NCBI GenBank assembly: GCA_964057225.1 | Contig: OZ059894.1 | Location: 11,036,001-11,100,000, forward strand | DNA from: Auanema rhodensis | Taxonomy: Eukaryota > Animalia > Nematoda | DNA: 64,000 nt | Direction: 5' to 3' | Part shown: piece after piece, positions 13,562 to 25,090 of the stretch | Numbering within the stretch: position 1 is the first letter of the stretch | Layout of the letters: each line of letters opens with the position of its first letter | Notes under the pieces: generated by a model | Database searches by the model: none | What the model was told of the DNA's origin: nothing | What the model saw: only the letters and a program-made list of their open reading frames with translations | Position numbers and translations under genes: made by a program

Positions 13562-14003
13562 ACAGCATAGCCATGAGTATCAAAGACATCAAGCAAATGT
13601 ATCGTACTTGTTACGAGTGCACTCTCTCATTTGAATATAAAAGTGTGGTTTGACAATCTTGACTGTACAGGTCATAAATGGCTCATATAAACTGTGGATT
13701 TACTCAACTTTTGGACTTATTTTTTTCTTATTCGAAGCGCTGCACTTTTTTCTATTCTTTTTATTCAAATACTTGTATATAGTTTTATATGTACGGTTGC
13801 AAAGTTTCCGAATATTTTATATATTTTTATACAATAATTAGGAGAAGGTTAATACAATGAAATCTCCCAACTTTACAGTGTTTGTATTGCTTACAGTATC
13901 TAGAACAACCACTCTTGTAATATTAGAGCACATATCAATCAACAACTTTTTCTAGTTATCAAAGCTTTTTTATTTCTTCAAGATATTTCAAATAAAATAT
14001 AAA

Positions 14004-14122
14004 AGCTTACGACACCCGGGATTCCCAAGCCGTCTCCGATCCAAGTACTAACCGGGCCCAACGTTGCTTGACTTGCCAGATCGGACGGGATGGCGTACTT
14101 TCAACGTGGTATGGTCGTAAGC
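14004..14122 (-). rRNA. 5S rRNA
   Basis: Identical copy. Confidence 0.97.
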
Positions 14123-14363
14123 AATGTTATATTCTTCATTATCAGTTATATCACTCTAAATCTTGTTGTTAATAGTTAGGACCACAAAGAAAACAACAGG
14201 AACAGTAACAAATGAAATGCCCAAACTTTACAGTGTTCGAGTTATTTACAGTATCTAAGACTACCTCTGTCGTGTTATTAGAGCAAACATTCGATTAACA
14301 ACAACTTTTTTTTAGTTATCAACGCTTTTTTATTTCTTCAAAAAATTTCAAATAAAATATAAA

Positions 14364-14482
14364 AGCTTACGACACCCGGGATTCCCAAGCCGTCTCCGAT
14401 CCAAGTACTAACCGGGCCCAACGTTGCTTGACTTGCCAGATCGGACGGGATGGCGTACTTTCAACGTGGTATGGTCGTAAGC
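14364..14482 (-). rRNA. 5S rRNA
   Basis: Identical copy. Confidence 0.97.
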
Positions 14483-14533
14483 AATGTCATATTCTTCATT
14501 ATCAGTTATATCACTCTAAATCTTGTTGTTAAT

Positions 14534-14919
14534 TGTTCCATACATAACTTATAGAGAAGGCGGTTGACTACGTCAACCGACTTTAGTTTAATCAAATAAA
14601 ATAAGAAACTAGAATTCGAAAGCTTTTTAGAAAAGATTCCACGGAATAAGGTGGAACGTAATTCTTTTTATACAAATTCATTCACTTTTTACATTCTATA
14701 GTTTGCTATATAAACCCGTAGAAAACACACTAAGGGAGATCTTCTATCATGTAGTTTTAGACTTTAACTTTACTTGTTTGTAGTTTATAACATTTCCTAT
14801 TGTAGTTTTCTCTATATAATAAAACGGTTGCTAATTTAACTACTTGTTGAACAATGAAACCCTTGCACAAAATCCATCTGAAAACCCTAGTCGGAACCCT
14901 AGGGCAATCAAATGGAACG
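14534..14919 (+). repeat. 5' LTR (TGTTCCAT...ATGGAACG)
   Basis: Direct repeat of 25922-26307. Confidence 0.95.
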
Positions 14920-14937
14920 TGGAGGTTCCACCGAGAT
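14920..14937 (+). promoter_or_regulatory. Primer binding site, tRNA-Gln
   Basis: TGGAGGTTCCACCGAGAT abuts the LTR and is complementary to the tRNA-Gln 3' end. Confidence 0.9.
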
Positions 14938-15253
14938 CCGTCTATAACGGACGGATCTCTATGGACCATTTCCGCTACTTTTCGAAATCCTTTTTGTATT
15001 CAAAATCTTTTATCCTTCATATCAAAACTTTATATAATATTCAAACTTCTATTTCTAAAATTGTCAATTTTATCTCCTAAATGTTACCCGAATTTTATCT
15101 TTACTTCATTCTTTCTTATTTTATTTCATATATATTAAAAGCATATAATGCATGAAAACTCTTTTGAAACAAACAAATCAAAACATTTATTGTCATAATC
15201 TATTTATAAAATACTTTAAAAACATTTATTCATTATCATTTATAAGACATTTT

Positions 15254-15288
<35 letters not shown>

Positions 15289-15908
15289 ACCAAAACATAT
15301 TCTTGAATCATCTATTTTTTTTCTCTTCGTAAAACTTCCTATTCATAAACCATAAACTATTCTATTTATTCAAGCCCGTGAGAAACAATACCAGACTTTC
15401 TCGGGACATCGTGCGGAGGCGTACACTTTTGATATAAGACGCGCATTCATTTGAAATTAACCCTTTTTCGGTCCTATATGAGAATTACAAAACGTAATAT
15501 TTTTTTGAAGTTAAGTGGTCCCACCTAGCAGAGCCCAGGGGAGCAGAAGCAACGTTAAAAGGGAACGTCTTCTGCGGGTTCGCTTAGGCACGAGAAGTCT
15601 GGAAAAATGAGTTCGAGAAGCCTGTGTACCTGATCTTGTCCATGACTGAAAAGGCACAATACACAGACCACTGTCTCGCATCTCATGCCTCTTCGTGAGA
15701 TAAGAACCCGGTCCTTTGCTAAGGTCACACGTAGTTGCGGACTCGTGTATGAACCTGACCAGGCTATTCTCCGACTAGAGACCCGCTGCAGGCTGGCCCC
15801 CTGACAGAAATAGGAGTCGCGCATACCAACCCCATATTGTTTCTTACGTTTGTATATATAAGCTCAGTCTTCGTTGGTTAATAATTTCCTTCCAGGAAAC
15901 CAACAAAA

Positions 15909-18900
15909 ATGGCTGACACAGCGAATCAAAACCCTCCGCCGGGAAATAATACCCAAAACACTACAAATAGCGAAGAGAATACCCAGACAGTGGAAGCAGC
16001 ACTGCATAGAAACCAAAGAAAAAGAGGACCACCGGATGCATTTCGACCAGATGCGAAACATCCGAAAACTAACGCTAAATCAAAGAAATTACCCCCCATT
16101 CCGGGCACACCGCTAACCGCTAAGAAACTTTATACAACTGCTATCAAAACTACTAGGCATGCGATAAGTTTGAATAAAAATAAAGCAACATCTAGTAAAT
16201 CCACGCCCAAACGCTCTTCTCACTCTCCAAAAACAGTCATTGACACCGGCACTAACACTTATCTTCCAAATCACACTTCTCCTCAACGTCCTATTCAAAC
16301 CGAAAACACGGAAATCCTCACTTCTCCTATTCCTAGAAATTCCCCCTCTTCCACTGATCAATCTTTGCATGGGCACTCTCTGTCTCCTGTCTCTTCTTCG
16401 TCAGACAATAACATAAATTTGACTTCGAATGTTACAGAGCAGAGAAGTCGCCCTCAAATGGCAAATCAGATGGAGCAAGATAATCCTCCTATCGCGAGAG
16501 CCAACAATGTTTCTATTCGCCATCATAAACCTACGCTTTATGATGGATCCGTACCATTCAATCTCTACATGCAAAGACTAGAAGGATATTTTGATGCACT
16601 TCAAGTCCCTATTGCCGAGAGACTTTCCCATCTTTATCTACTTCTTGGAACGGACAGAGCCGCCGAAGCTCTGCGAACTATACCAGCAGAAGACTTACGC
16701 CAAGGATGGAACCACGTCAAACGTCTACTATCGGAGAAATTACAACCTCCAGAAAAGAGGGATGCTGCATTTACGAAACTCACCCATTTGAAACAAGGAG
16801 AAAACGAAACGGTACAAAATTTCGCGCAACGTTGCAGAAATCTCGCTTACGAATCATGCAACATGGACTCAACAGCTGACGAAAGAATACTACGTGTTTC
16901 GTTCTTAGGAGGACTAAGAAAGACTTTAAGAACACACGTCAATAACCGCAGCCCTATAACCTTCGATGCAGCTGTAACTATCGCCGAAACAGTAGAAGCC
17001 GACGAAGATCCGTCGCTACATATCAACAACTTGATCAAAAACGTGGAACAATTAGAGATCAATAACGGTCTCATAAACCACATGAGAACCTCACAACAGG
17101 ACAAAACCCATGACGAATCACAAACACACCAACCAAGAACGTTTTATGGAAATCAATCAAGATCACAACGCCCACAGGAACAATGGAATCAAAGAAGAGG
17201 AGGATACCGCCCACCAAGATACCAGGACGACCGACAAAATAACCGTCCCAACTTCAGACAAGATAACAGAAACAATGGATACCAACGAGGATACAACAGT
17301 TATCGTAGTCCTCAACGGTACGATAGATACAACGATCGATACGATAACAGAAGAAACGACCGATATGATAACAGAGGAAACGATCGACATGAGCACAGAG
17401 GAAACGACCGATACAACCGCGGAAACTATCACGATCGCGGATTCCAACAAAGAAATCGCAGCACTTCGCATGGACAACATAACAGGTACAGAGATCGTAC
17501 CAGAAGCCCTAGCGTTCGTTTTCACGTTAACAAAGTGGAGAAAGAAACAGGAAAAACAAGGAAGACACTTCCGTTCATACCGCTATTCTTATCCGTCATC
17601 GCTTTATCTTTGATACCCTGTCAGGCAGACAACACCTATCAACTCTGCATCGGCAAACGAGGAGGTATTTTCCTCGAACCACCTCGACCAACAACCTGCT
17701 CAGACTATGCACACAAAGACGGAGTCAAGATAAAAACAGTGGAACTATTTGCAGAAAATATGAATTACAAAGAATGGGAAGCATGGAAATGCTCCAAGGA
17801 AATCTATAAAGCTTGCGCCTACGACTTATTCTTCATCAGGGAAAACAACCTCACATTACTCCGAATAGAACCAGCCACTCCACAAGAATGCAAAACAGCC
17901 ATTCAAGAGAGACGACACACGGATAACAACCTCAATCGGGAAGCTCCAGGACTATTCAAAACTCCTATGCCTACCAATACTCAATCAAAATCGTTCTGGT
18001 CATCCTCTTGCACAACAAAATCAAGATTCACATTAGAAAGAGGAATGATGACTAGCCTACACGATGACACTATAATCTCCGACTTGTTTATCAACACTGA
18101 GGGATGCACTAAACAACAAGGTGTATGCAACACCACAAACGCAGTTATCACATGGATCCCACCCAATAACCATCGAAATTGTGATTACACAACTTTAGGA
18201 AAATTCGAAGCACTAATCAATAATGATACTGTTATAATCTCGGAAATACAAGGAGCATTCATCCTCAACGACGACACGCCAGACCCTATTGCTACAAGAT
18301 GTATGAATAAGAACATCTATTCAACTGACAGCGGTACGTACATTTCCATCAACGAGTTAAAACCCCGACGTCAAAAGAGAAAAGCACCACAGGAGTACCC
18401 TACGAGATTCTTCAACATCACTATCTATCAATCACTTCGCCTCACAGACAGTTCTACAGGATTACTACCAATGTACCAAACATATCGAAATCGTAAAAGA
18501 CTGGATAGTACCTATAACCTTATAGACTACCTCAAAACATCTAGCGTACACATAGGGCTCATCAAATTCCTACAACTGGAAGCATCAAAACTAAAATATC
18601 GACTCTTATGGCACAACTACACCGATATCAACATGGTTATCCTACACACACTCGCAGAAGCCGAGATTCGACTTTCCACAGAAATCGCCATTGAACATCT
18701 ATTACCATCAGAAATTACGGCAAAACTCAGCAAGCAAATCACTATCAGCGACTTTGCCACACGATTACTAAACCACAAAGGCGACTATCTCGAACGAGCA
18801 AGACAAATAGCACTCGAAATAGCACAGACACCTACAACTCTGGCTACAGGAGAAACTATTCCATCGTTGGAGGAATACTTATACCAACTTTACCCACCCA

Positions 18901-21900
18901 GAATGACAAAACTGCCTAGATCACGTACAGACACACAGGTCTACACCCAGATAGACGAAATACAAAAATTTCTCGAATACCTAGCTCAAAACAATCGTCT
19001 AAGCCGGATATCAAAAGAGGAAAGAGAAGCAGAAAACAAGAAATGGGCTGATCTCACAAGACAGTCAAATTCTTCAACGATTACCTTTCCCAACTATACT
19101 CTCATCTTCAACGGACACGCACAAAACTACGGATTCCCGAAAACACTACCTACAGCCAGACCCATCACGGAAGAAGACAGCTTATTATTTCAACAAACAT
19201 ATCTTCAGCTCATTGAGTCACCGGGTGCTAGTCCTACGACAACCACTACCACAACTACTACAACTACAACAACCACTAGAACCCCTGCAACCACAGTTGA
19301 TCCGACAACTACTACTTATCGGACACCTTTACCTCAATTCACAACCACACCAAGGAGATATCATTATTACCAGAGTACAACAACTCCAGTAACTCCACCA
19401 CCACGTCTTCTCACTACCACACCTCGCAGAGAACCTCCTAGGACAATTCCCACAACTCGGATTACCACAAAACGAGCAACAACAACTCAACCGGTAGAGG
19501 AAATTAAATCTCACACAGGATCACAAGCACACCTCAATTTCCTACGAACACGAGCAGATATTATTCAAAAATACGATGATCAACTACGACAACAAGATAC
19601 AAGGTCTCACCTCCAATACTCTACGTCAAAACTCGAGGAGGAAATCTTACAAGCTTTCCAAATAACAAAGAAAAGCGTTTGCAGAATGCAAAATAAACAG
19701 CTACTTACCTGGTGGGCAATCCTGCAAATTAATCCGACCATAGGAATTCGCACTATGCTTCTTCGACAGGACATTTCAGCCAAATTCGTCGGAGAACATC
19801 TCATCTACGTCATGCCATGCACCCCTGTACAAATAACACATGTATATTCGGATCACAAACGAGACGATAAATGTTACCTGGAGACGCCTGTAGACACGGA
19901 ACATCACGGCAAACTATTCATTACACCAGGATCAAGAGATTTGACACCATATGCTCACATCATAGCATGCGATATGGCTACATCAGATCCCTACAAAATA
20001 AACAATCAATGGATGAAAGATAATTCAACATTGAATGTAACTCACTTCTCATTTTCGGATGAACTCACATCTGTAAAAATTGATCACATTAAGTTCAACA
20101 ATTCCAACATATTTTCAAACCTCACGGAGTCAACATTTCCAATGGCACTGGCTATCTCCTACGGATCGAGCTTAGCATCCTTACAAGCCACTCTGCCAGG
20201 AAAGCTGAAACCAGTCTTCAAACAGTCTGGATTCTCTGATCTAAATCCAATAGGCATTATAGGAGGAACAGTTGGAACGACATTAATGTTAGCAGATAAC
20301 ATATCAAACAACGCAGAAAAACAAATCACAAATTTCTTCGAATATGTAGGAGAATCAATTACAGCATGGATACTAAGGACACTAGCCATTATTGGAGGAA
20401 TTCTCGTCGCAATAGGACTTATAACTGCTACCATCTGGGCATTAAAAATATATGCATGTACCACAAGGATACCAATCAATCAAATAACATTCAAAGAAGA
20501 AGAAGAAGAACCAAGGCGAGAAAATAAAGAAATCGAACTTCAGCAATTACAACCACTGAATAAATCTCAACAAAACAAATTCTATTCAAGAATCTCCCGA
20601 TACGATCCCGACGCTTTACTATCAGACAACGACTTTCTAGCCTATCTACCACGATACGCCATGAAAGAATCAAGGATTAACTACATCGGAGGATCACGAC
20701 TACCTTTCGTACCTCTCTCCATCCACAATCAGATCTTTACTGCTTTATGGGACACAGGAGCTTCTATATCATATATGAAGGAAAGCACATTTCAACAACT
20801 ACCGGCAGCAACGATGGTTGGTGAAAAGACAACAGCTATCGTAGCAAACAAATCACGGTTTTCCTTCCTGGGCTACACAAGACTTCCAATTGTTATTGGA
20901 AAAACAGAGATTGAGCACAAAATACTGATTTCTGCCAACAACCACTGCCCAGCACCTATCTTATTAGGAATAGACTTTATAGAAGCCCTCAGCAAAATAG
21001 GAATAAATACATCATTGCGACCACTTCAGAATTCATTGCTAGTCGGAGATACAATAGTACCTCTAGCACAAGACTACTCACCGTGGACCGAGAACCACAC
21101 GATAGCTCATGTAGTAAGCCTGGAAACTAAACAGTTTTACCCAGGAGAAACCAGATCGCTCACGTTGGAAGTAGACGATCCAGCATCATACGCACAAGCT
21201 TTTATAAGAAGTTCACAACGAATAGGAAAAATGACTTTCGCCCCTACAACTTTCACGCCAACAGGATACGGGGTTCAGATATTCGCTACAAATATCTCAC
21301 CCGAAACAATCAAAATTAAAACAAATCAAGGAATCGGAACTGCTTACGCTATCCCAAAAGATATCAAAGAACAAAAAGGACAATACGTCCCACCGGAAGC
21401 AAGATGGGAAGAACAACTACCATACTTCCCAGACGACTTCATAAAGGATCTCGACGTAACAAACACCATCTTCACCCAATTGGAAAGACAAGAATTAAAG
21501 AAAATAGTACTTAGAAATAAGGAAGCTTTCTTGAACGAGGATCGCAATATCGGACTTTTTAAAGGACCAGTGGAACATAATATACCTATCATACCAGGAA
21601 AATTTCCATCATTTCAAATCACATACAGGATCCCTCTAACTCAACAAGAAGAAGTCGAAAAACAGGTGGAGGAAATGCTCGAACAAGGTATAATAGAACC
21701 ATCAATTTCTATTACCACAAGTCCCGTTATACTCGTCAAAAAGAAGGACAAAACATACCGTTTTGTTACGGATTTTCGAGCATTAAATGCCATAACACTA
21801 AAGCAGATATACGTCATTTCAAACATACAAGATATTCTCGATCTAGCAGCAGGAGCATGCATCTTCACTAACTTTGATTTGGTATCAGGATTCTTCCAAA

Positions 21901-24764
21901 TACCTCTGCGTAAAGAAGATCGACATTTAACAGCATTTACTACAACTAGTGGTACATATCAATACTGTCGAATGCCCATGGGACTCTGTGGAGCCCCACA
22001 TACATTCCAAAACGCAGTACGGTACCTACAACAACATGTACGCTGCAAACTCTTCGTATATCTAGACGATCTTCTGCTTATATCAGAATCAACCACACAA
22101 CACCTTCAAGATATCGAAGAAGTTTTGAGAGTAGCAATAGAGCTAGGATTCAAAATTAAGCTGAAGAAATGCACCTTTGGACAAAGAGAAGTCAAGTTTC
22201 TCGGATTTATAGTCGGATATGAGGGAATAAAACCGGACCCTCAGAAAATTAAAGCCATCAGAGACTACCCCAGACCAAAGTCAACAACAGGAGTCAGAGC
22301 TTTCATGGGCGTCGTTAACTACTTTCGAAGATTCATCAAAAATGCCGCGGGAATTGCCTCACCTCTCTACGACCTCACAAAAAAGGATAAAGCTTTCACA
22401 TGGGGAGACAAAGAAGAAAAATCTTTCCAACACCTGAAGAAAGCCCTTTGTCAAGCACCGGTTCTTCAGGCACCTAGAGCAAAACGACCATACGTAGTTG
22501 AAAGCGACGGAAGCATAATTGCAGTAGGAGCAGTTCTATTGCAATCTGCGGATGATCAAGAACCATTGCACCCAATAGCTTTCGCTAGCCGTAAACTAAA
22601 CAAAGCAGAAAGGAACTACCCCCCGATTGAGATCGAAGCCTTAGCCCTAACTTTCGCAGTTCATCAGTTTCGCACCTACATCTTAGGAGCACCGATCAAA
22701 ATCATAACCGATCATAGACCCTTAACTAGCCTTATGACAAGAAAAGACCTCATAGGAAGACTAGCCAAATTTCAAATAGTACTCCAAGAGTATGATATTG
22801 AAATTATCTATCGCCCAGGACGTCTTAATAGCGTTTGTGACGCATTATCAAGATACTTCGAAGACGAAATCAACGAAGCGAAGGAAAGAAAGAAGAAAAC
22901 GAAAGAATCTCCCACGCATCAAATCTCTACTATTACAACTATCACGGACCTTCGGACAATTCAAGAGGAAACAGAATGGATCATGGAAACAAAAGAAAAG
23001 ATTCAGAACAAAACAGCAGGAAGGCAACTAACAGATCGATATATAGTTCAAAATAATATTCTCTATGCAAAGCCAAAAACAGCATTCCAAACACCTCGAG
23101 CCGTTCTACCCAATGATCCAACAATTACTACAGCAATAATTGATAAGTTTCATAAGGACCCATTACTAGGAGCTCATCTAGGAATCAACAAAACACATGA
23201 CTCAATTCTACGCCGTTATACATGGACAGGAATGCAAGAAGATATCACCAACTACGTCAACAGATGTCTTCAGTGCGCAAAAAGGAAAAATAACCCGCAT
23301 GAAGCAACGGTGGAACCCATGAGAAACTTTCCCACCGTTTCACAACCTTGGGAAAGAGTTCACATGGACATTCTCGGACCACTACCACGAACACAAAACG
23401 GGAACAGATATATCTTATCAATACAGGACGCGTTCTCCAAATGGATAATAGCAACACCATTATTAAGACAAACATCAGAAGAAATCATAACAGCAATTAA
23501 GAAAAACCTGTTCTTTGTTTTCGGACCACCAAAAAGGATCATAACGGACAACGGATCCAATTTTGTTTCTCACGAATTCAAAACAATGTGCGAACAACTA
23601 GGTTCCGAGCATCATACAACTATGCCATATTACAAGAATGCAAATGGACAAGTGGAACGACTACACAGAACACTAGAAGAAGCACTAACGTCGTACGTAA
23701 ATACGGAACAGGACAATTGGGATGATATACTACCTAAGATAGTATTCACACTCAACAGGCTACCTAATGCCACAACTCGCACACCGCCCTACGATTGTAT
23801 CTTTGGTCAGGCAGCGCGACTACCAATCGACCACAACCTGGACACTCCCGCACCCACTCTCAAACCCACAGGAGATTTACATGAGAAAATATACGAAAGG
23901 ATAACAAGGAACAATGAGAAGATGAAGAAGAAATACGACGAGGCACACAAGATACAAGAACGAGAACTATACGTGGATAACAGAGCTCTCGTCAAACGGG
24001 CAAAGCCCACCAACAAACTGCAAGCAGTCAGTGATGGACCGTACCTCATAAAAGAAATAAATAAAAATAATGTCATATTAGCAGATGACGACGGGAATAG
24101 AATACGGGCTCATAAGAATAATATAAGATACTTTCCACCCGATGACAATAACATCGAGGAAAGCGAGCACGGCAGAAATGACGCGGGATCCGCTATTTAT
24201 AGCAACAGGTCCCGGCACGATCAGGTCAATACGCGCGCTCAGAACAACGGTCAAGCCACGCCCCCAATTTCTGATTCGGACAGCGATAACGAGGACGAGT
24301 TCTACGAACAAAGCCGACCTATAATAACAACTAAAGAAACAATAACACCGCAGGAAGATACGTTGGAAAGACAACAAGAAAGTTATCAATCGGAATCTGG
24401 ACTAGATACAGCAGACAAGACATCTACGAACAAAGAAGAAAACAACCAATTCCAACAATTGGTCGACAAAATTGGAGAAGAAACAAGACAAGAGCTCTAC
24501 GAAGAAAGACAAAAAGAGTTACCTACAATCAAAAGATGGAGCTCAGCTCTCAAATTGGCACTCGGTTTAGAAGACAAAAATCCGATTACTCCTCCAAAAC
24601 CGTTTCACGTACCAATAAGGTACAACAGCGTGATACCCCCTTTAAAACCTAAAAGTAGGCTTACACGCTCTCAGATACCTGATGCCCATATCAATTTACC
24701 AAACACATCGGTTGAACGAAAGAAACGACCTTCAACAGTGATAGGAGGACCAACAACTATCTAA
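15909..24764 (+). CDS. Gag-Env-protease-RT-RNaseH-integrase polyprotein
   Basis: Capsid-like Gag, R/G/D-rich NC region, internal signal peptide (LFLSVIALSLIPCQA), Cys-rich ectodomain, furin site RRQKR, Thr-rich tract, TM helix, DTGAS, YLDD, RNase H, HHCC + DD35E integrase. Confidence 0.95.
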   Translation: MADTANQNPPPGNNTQNTTNSEENTQTVEAALHRNQRKRGPPDAFRPDAKHPKTNAKSKKLPPIPGTPLTAKKLYTTAIKTTRHAISLNKNKATSSKSTPKRSSHSPKTVIDTGTNTYLPNHTSPQRPIQTENTEILTSPIPRNSPSSTDQSLHGHSLSPVSSSSDNNINLTSNVTEQRSRPQMANQMEQDNPPIARANNVSIRHHKPTLYDGSVPFNLYMQRLEGYFDALQVPIAERLSHLYLLLGTDRAAEALRTIPAEDLRQGWNHVKRLLSEKLQPPEKRDAAFTKLTHLKQGENETVQNFAQRCRNLAYESCNMDSTADERILRVSFLGGLRKTLRTHVNNRSPITFDAAVTIAETVEADEDPSLHINNLIKNVEQLEINNGLINHMRTSQQDKTHDESQTHQPRTFYGNQSRSQRPQEQWNQRRGGYRPPRYQDDRQNNRPNFRQDNRNNGYQRGYNSYRSPQRYDRYNDRYDNRRNDRYDNRGNDRHEHRGNDRYNRGNYHDRGFQQRNRSTSHGQHNRYRDRTRSPSVRFHVNKVEKETGKTRKTLPFIPLFLSVIALSLIPCQADNTYQLCIGKRGGIFLEPPRPTTCSDYAHKDGVKIKTVELFAENMNYKEWEAWKCSKEIYKACAYDLFFIRENNLTLLRIEPATPQECKTAIQERRHTDNNLNREAPGLFKTPMPTNTQSKSFWSSSCTTKSRFTLERGMMTSLHDDTIISDLFINTEGCTKQQGVCNTTNAVITWIPPNNHRNCDYTTLGKFEALINNDTVIISEIQGAFILNDDTPDPIATRCMNKNIYSTDSGTYISINELKPRRQKRKAPQEYPTRFFNITIYQSLRLTDSSTGLLPMYQTYRNRKRLDSTYNLIDYLKTSSVHIGLIKFLQLEASKLKYRLLWHNYTDINMVILHTLAEAEIRLSTEIAIEHLLPSEITAKLSKQITISDFATRLLNHKGDYLERARQIALEIAQTPTTLATGETIPSLEEYLYQLYPPRMTKLPRSRTDTQVYTQIDEIQKFLEYLAQNNRLSRISKEEREAENKKWADLTRQSNSSTITFPNYTLIFNGHAQNYGFPKTLPTARPITEEDSLLFQQTYLQLIESPGASPTTTTTTTTTTTTTTRTPATTVDPTTTTYRTPLPQFTTTPRRYHYYQSTTTPVTPPPRLLTTTPRREPPRTIPTTRITTKRATTTQPVEEIKSHTGSQAHLNFLRTRADIIQKYDDQLRQQDTRSHLQYSTSKLEEEILQAFQITKKSVCRMQNKQLLTWWAILQINPTIGIRTMLLRQDISAKFVGEHLIYVMPCTPVQITHVYSDHKRDDKCYLETPVDTEHHGKLFITPGSRDLTPYAHIIACDMATSDPYKINNQWMKDNSTLNVTHFSFSDELTSVKIDHIKFNNSNIFSNLTESTFPMALAISYGSSLASLQATLPGKLKPVFKQSGFSDLNPIGIIGGTVGTTLMLADNISNNAEKQITNFFEYVGESITAWILRTLAIIGGILVAIGLITATIWALKIYACTTRIPINQITFKEEEEEPRRENKEIELQQLQPLNKSQQNKFYSRISRYDPDALLSDNDFLAYLPRYAMKESRINYIGGSRLPFVPLSIHNQIFTALWDTGASISYMKESTFQQLPAATMVGEKTTAIVANKSRFSFLGYTRLPIVIGKTEIEHKILISANNHCPAPILLGIDFIEALSKIGINTSLRPLQNSLLVGDTIVPLAQDYSPWTENHTIAHVVSLETKQFYPGETRSLTLEVDDPASYAQAFIRSSQRIGKMTFAPTTFTPTGYGVQIFATNISPETIKIKTNQGIGTAYAIPKDIKEQKGQYVPPEARWEEQLPYFPDDFIKDLDVTNTIFTQLERQELKKIVLRNKEAFLNEDRNIGLFKGPVEHNIPIIPGKFPSFQITYRIPLTQQEEVEKQVEEMLEQGIIEPSISITTSPVILVKKKDKTYRFVTDFRALNAITLKQIYVISNIQDILDLAAGACIFTNFDLVSGFFQIPLRKEDRHLTAFTTTSGTYQYCRMPMGLCGAPHTFQNAVRYLQQHVRCKLFVYLDDLLLISESTTQHLQDIEEVLRVAIELGFKIKLKKCTFGQREVKFLGFIVGYEGIKPDPQKIKAIRDYPRPKSTTGVRAFMGVVNYFRRFIKNAAGIASPLYDLTKKDKAFTWGDKEEKSFQHLKKALCQAPVLQAPRAKRPYVVESDGSIIAVGAVLLQSADDQEPLHPIAFASRKLNKAERNYPPIEIEALALTFAVHQFRTYILGAPIKIITDHRPLTSLMTRKDLIGRLAKFQIVLQEYDIEIIYRPGRLNSVCDALSRYFEDEINEAKERKKKTKESPTHQISTITTITDLRTIQEETEWIMETKEKIQNKTAGRQLTDRYIVQNNILYAKPKTAFQTPRAVLPNDPTITTAIIDKFHKDPLLGAHLGINKTHDSILRRYTWTGMQEDITNYVNRCLQCAKRKNNPHEATVEPMRNFPTVSQPWERVHMDILGPLPRTQNGNRYILSIQDAFSKWIIATPLLRQTSEEIITAIKKNLFFVFGPPKRIITDNGSNFVSHEFKTMCEQLGSEHHTTMPYYKNANGQVERLHRTLEEALTSYVNTEQDNWDDILPKIVFTLNRLPNATTRTPPYDCIFGQAARLPIDHNLDTPAPTLKPTGDLHEKIYERITRNNEKMKKKYDEAHKIQERELYVDNRALVKRAKPTNKLQAVSDGPYLIKEINKNNVILADDDGNRIRAHKNNIRYFPPDDNNIEESEHGRNDAGSAIYSNRSRHDQVNTRAQNNGQATPPISDSDSDNEDEFYEQSRPIITTKETITPQEDTLERQQESYQSESGLDTADKTSTNKEENNQFQQLVDKIGEETRQELYEERQKELPTIKRWSSALKLALGLEDKNPITPPKPFHVPIRYNSVIPPLKPKSRLTRSQIPDAHINLPNTSVERKKRPSTVIGGPTTI

Positions 24765-24939
24765 AACAAGTTTGAAAATTCATTTTTTTTATCATAATTA
24801 CTTTATTTATACTTTTGCATCATTTTCCCATTTTTTCTCATCAAACAAACAACAATAATCAGTCATTCAAGTTTTCGAAATTTGATTTTTTTTTTGTCAT
24901 CAATCACACTATCTCTCTAAAAATTCTACCTTCTCTGTT

Positions 24940-24973
<34 letters not shown>

Positions 24974-25090
24974 TTCATCACCTGCAGTAACCTGAAAAAA
25001 AAAAAAAAAAAAAAAACCTGCTTTGCATGGAGCTATATAAGCTCAAAAACACCTCAAGCAGATAAAAAAAAATCCTCCGAATTCGACAAG

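Noticed and set aside
14883-14904. Telomere-like AACCCTAG pair in the LTR
   Set aside because: Only two copies, imperfect in subfamily 2, and not the nematode TTAGGC repeat
24815-25090. N-terminal extension of ORF2 (301 aa)
   Set aside because: Runs through poly-A tracts of variable length; not preserved in copy 3
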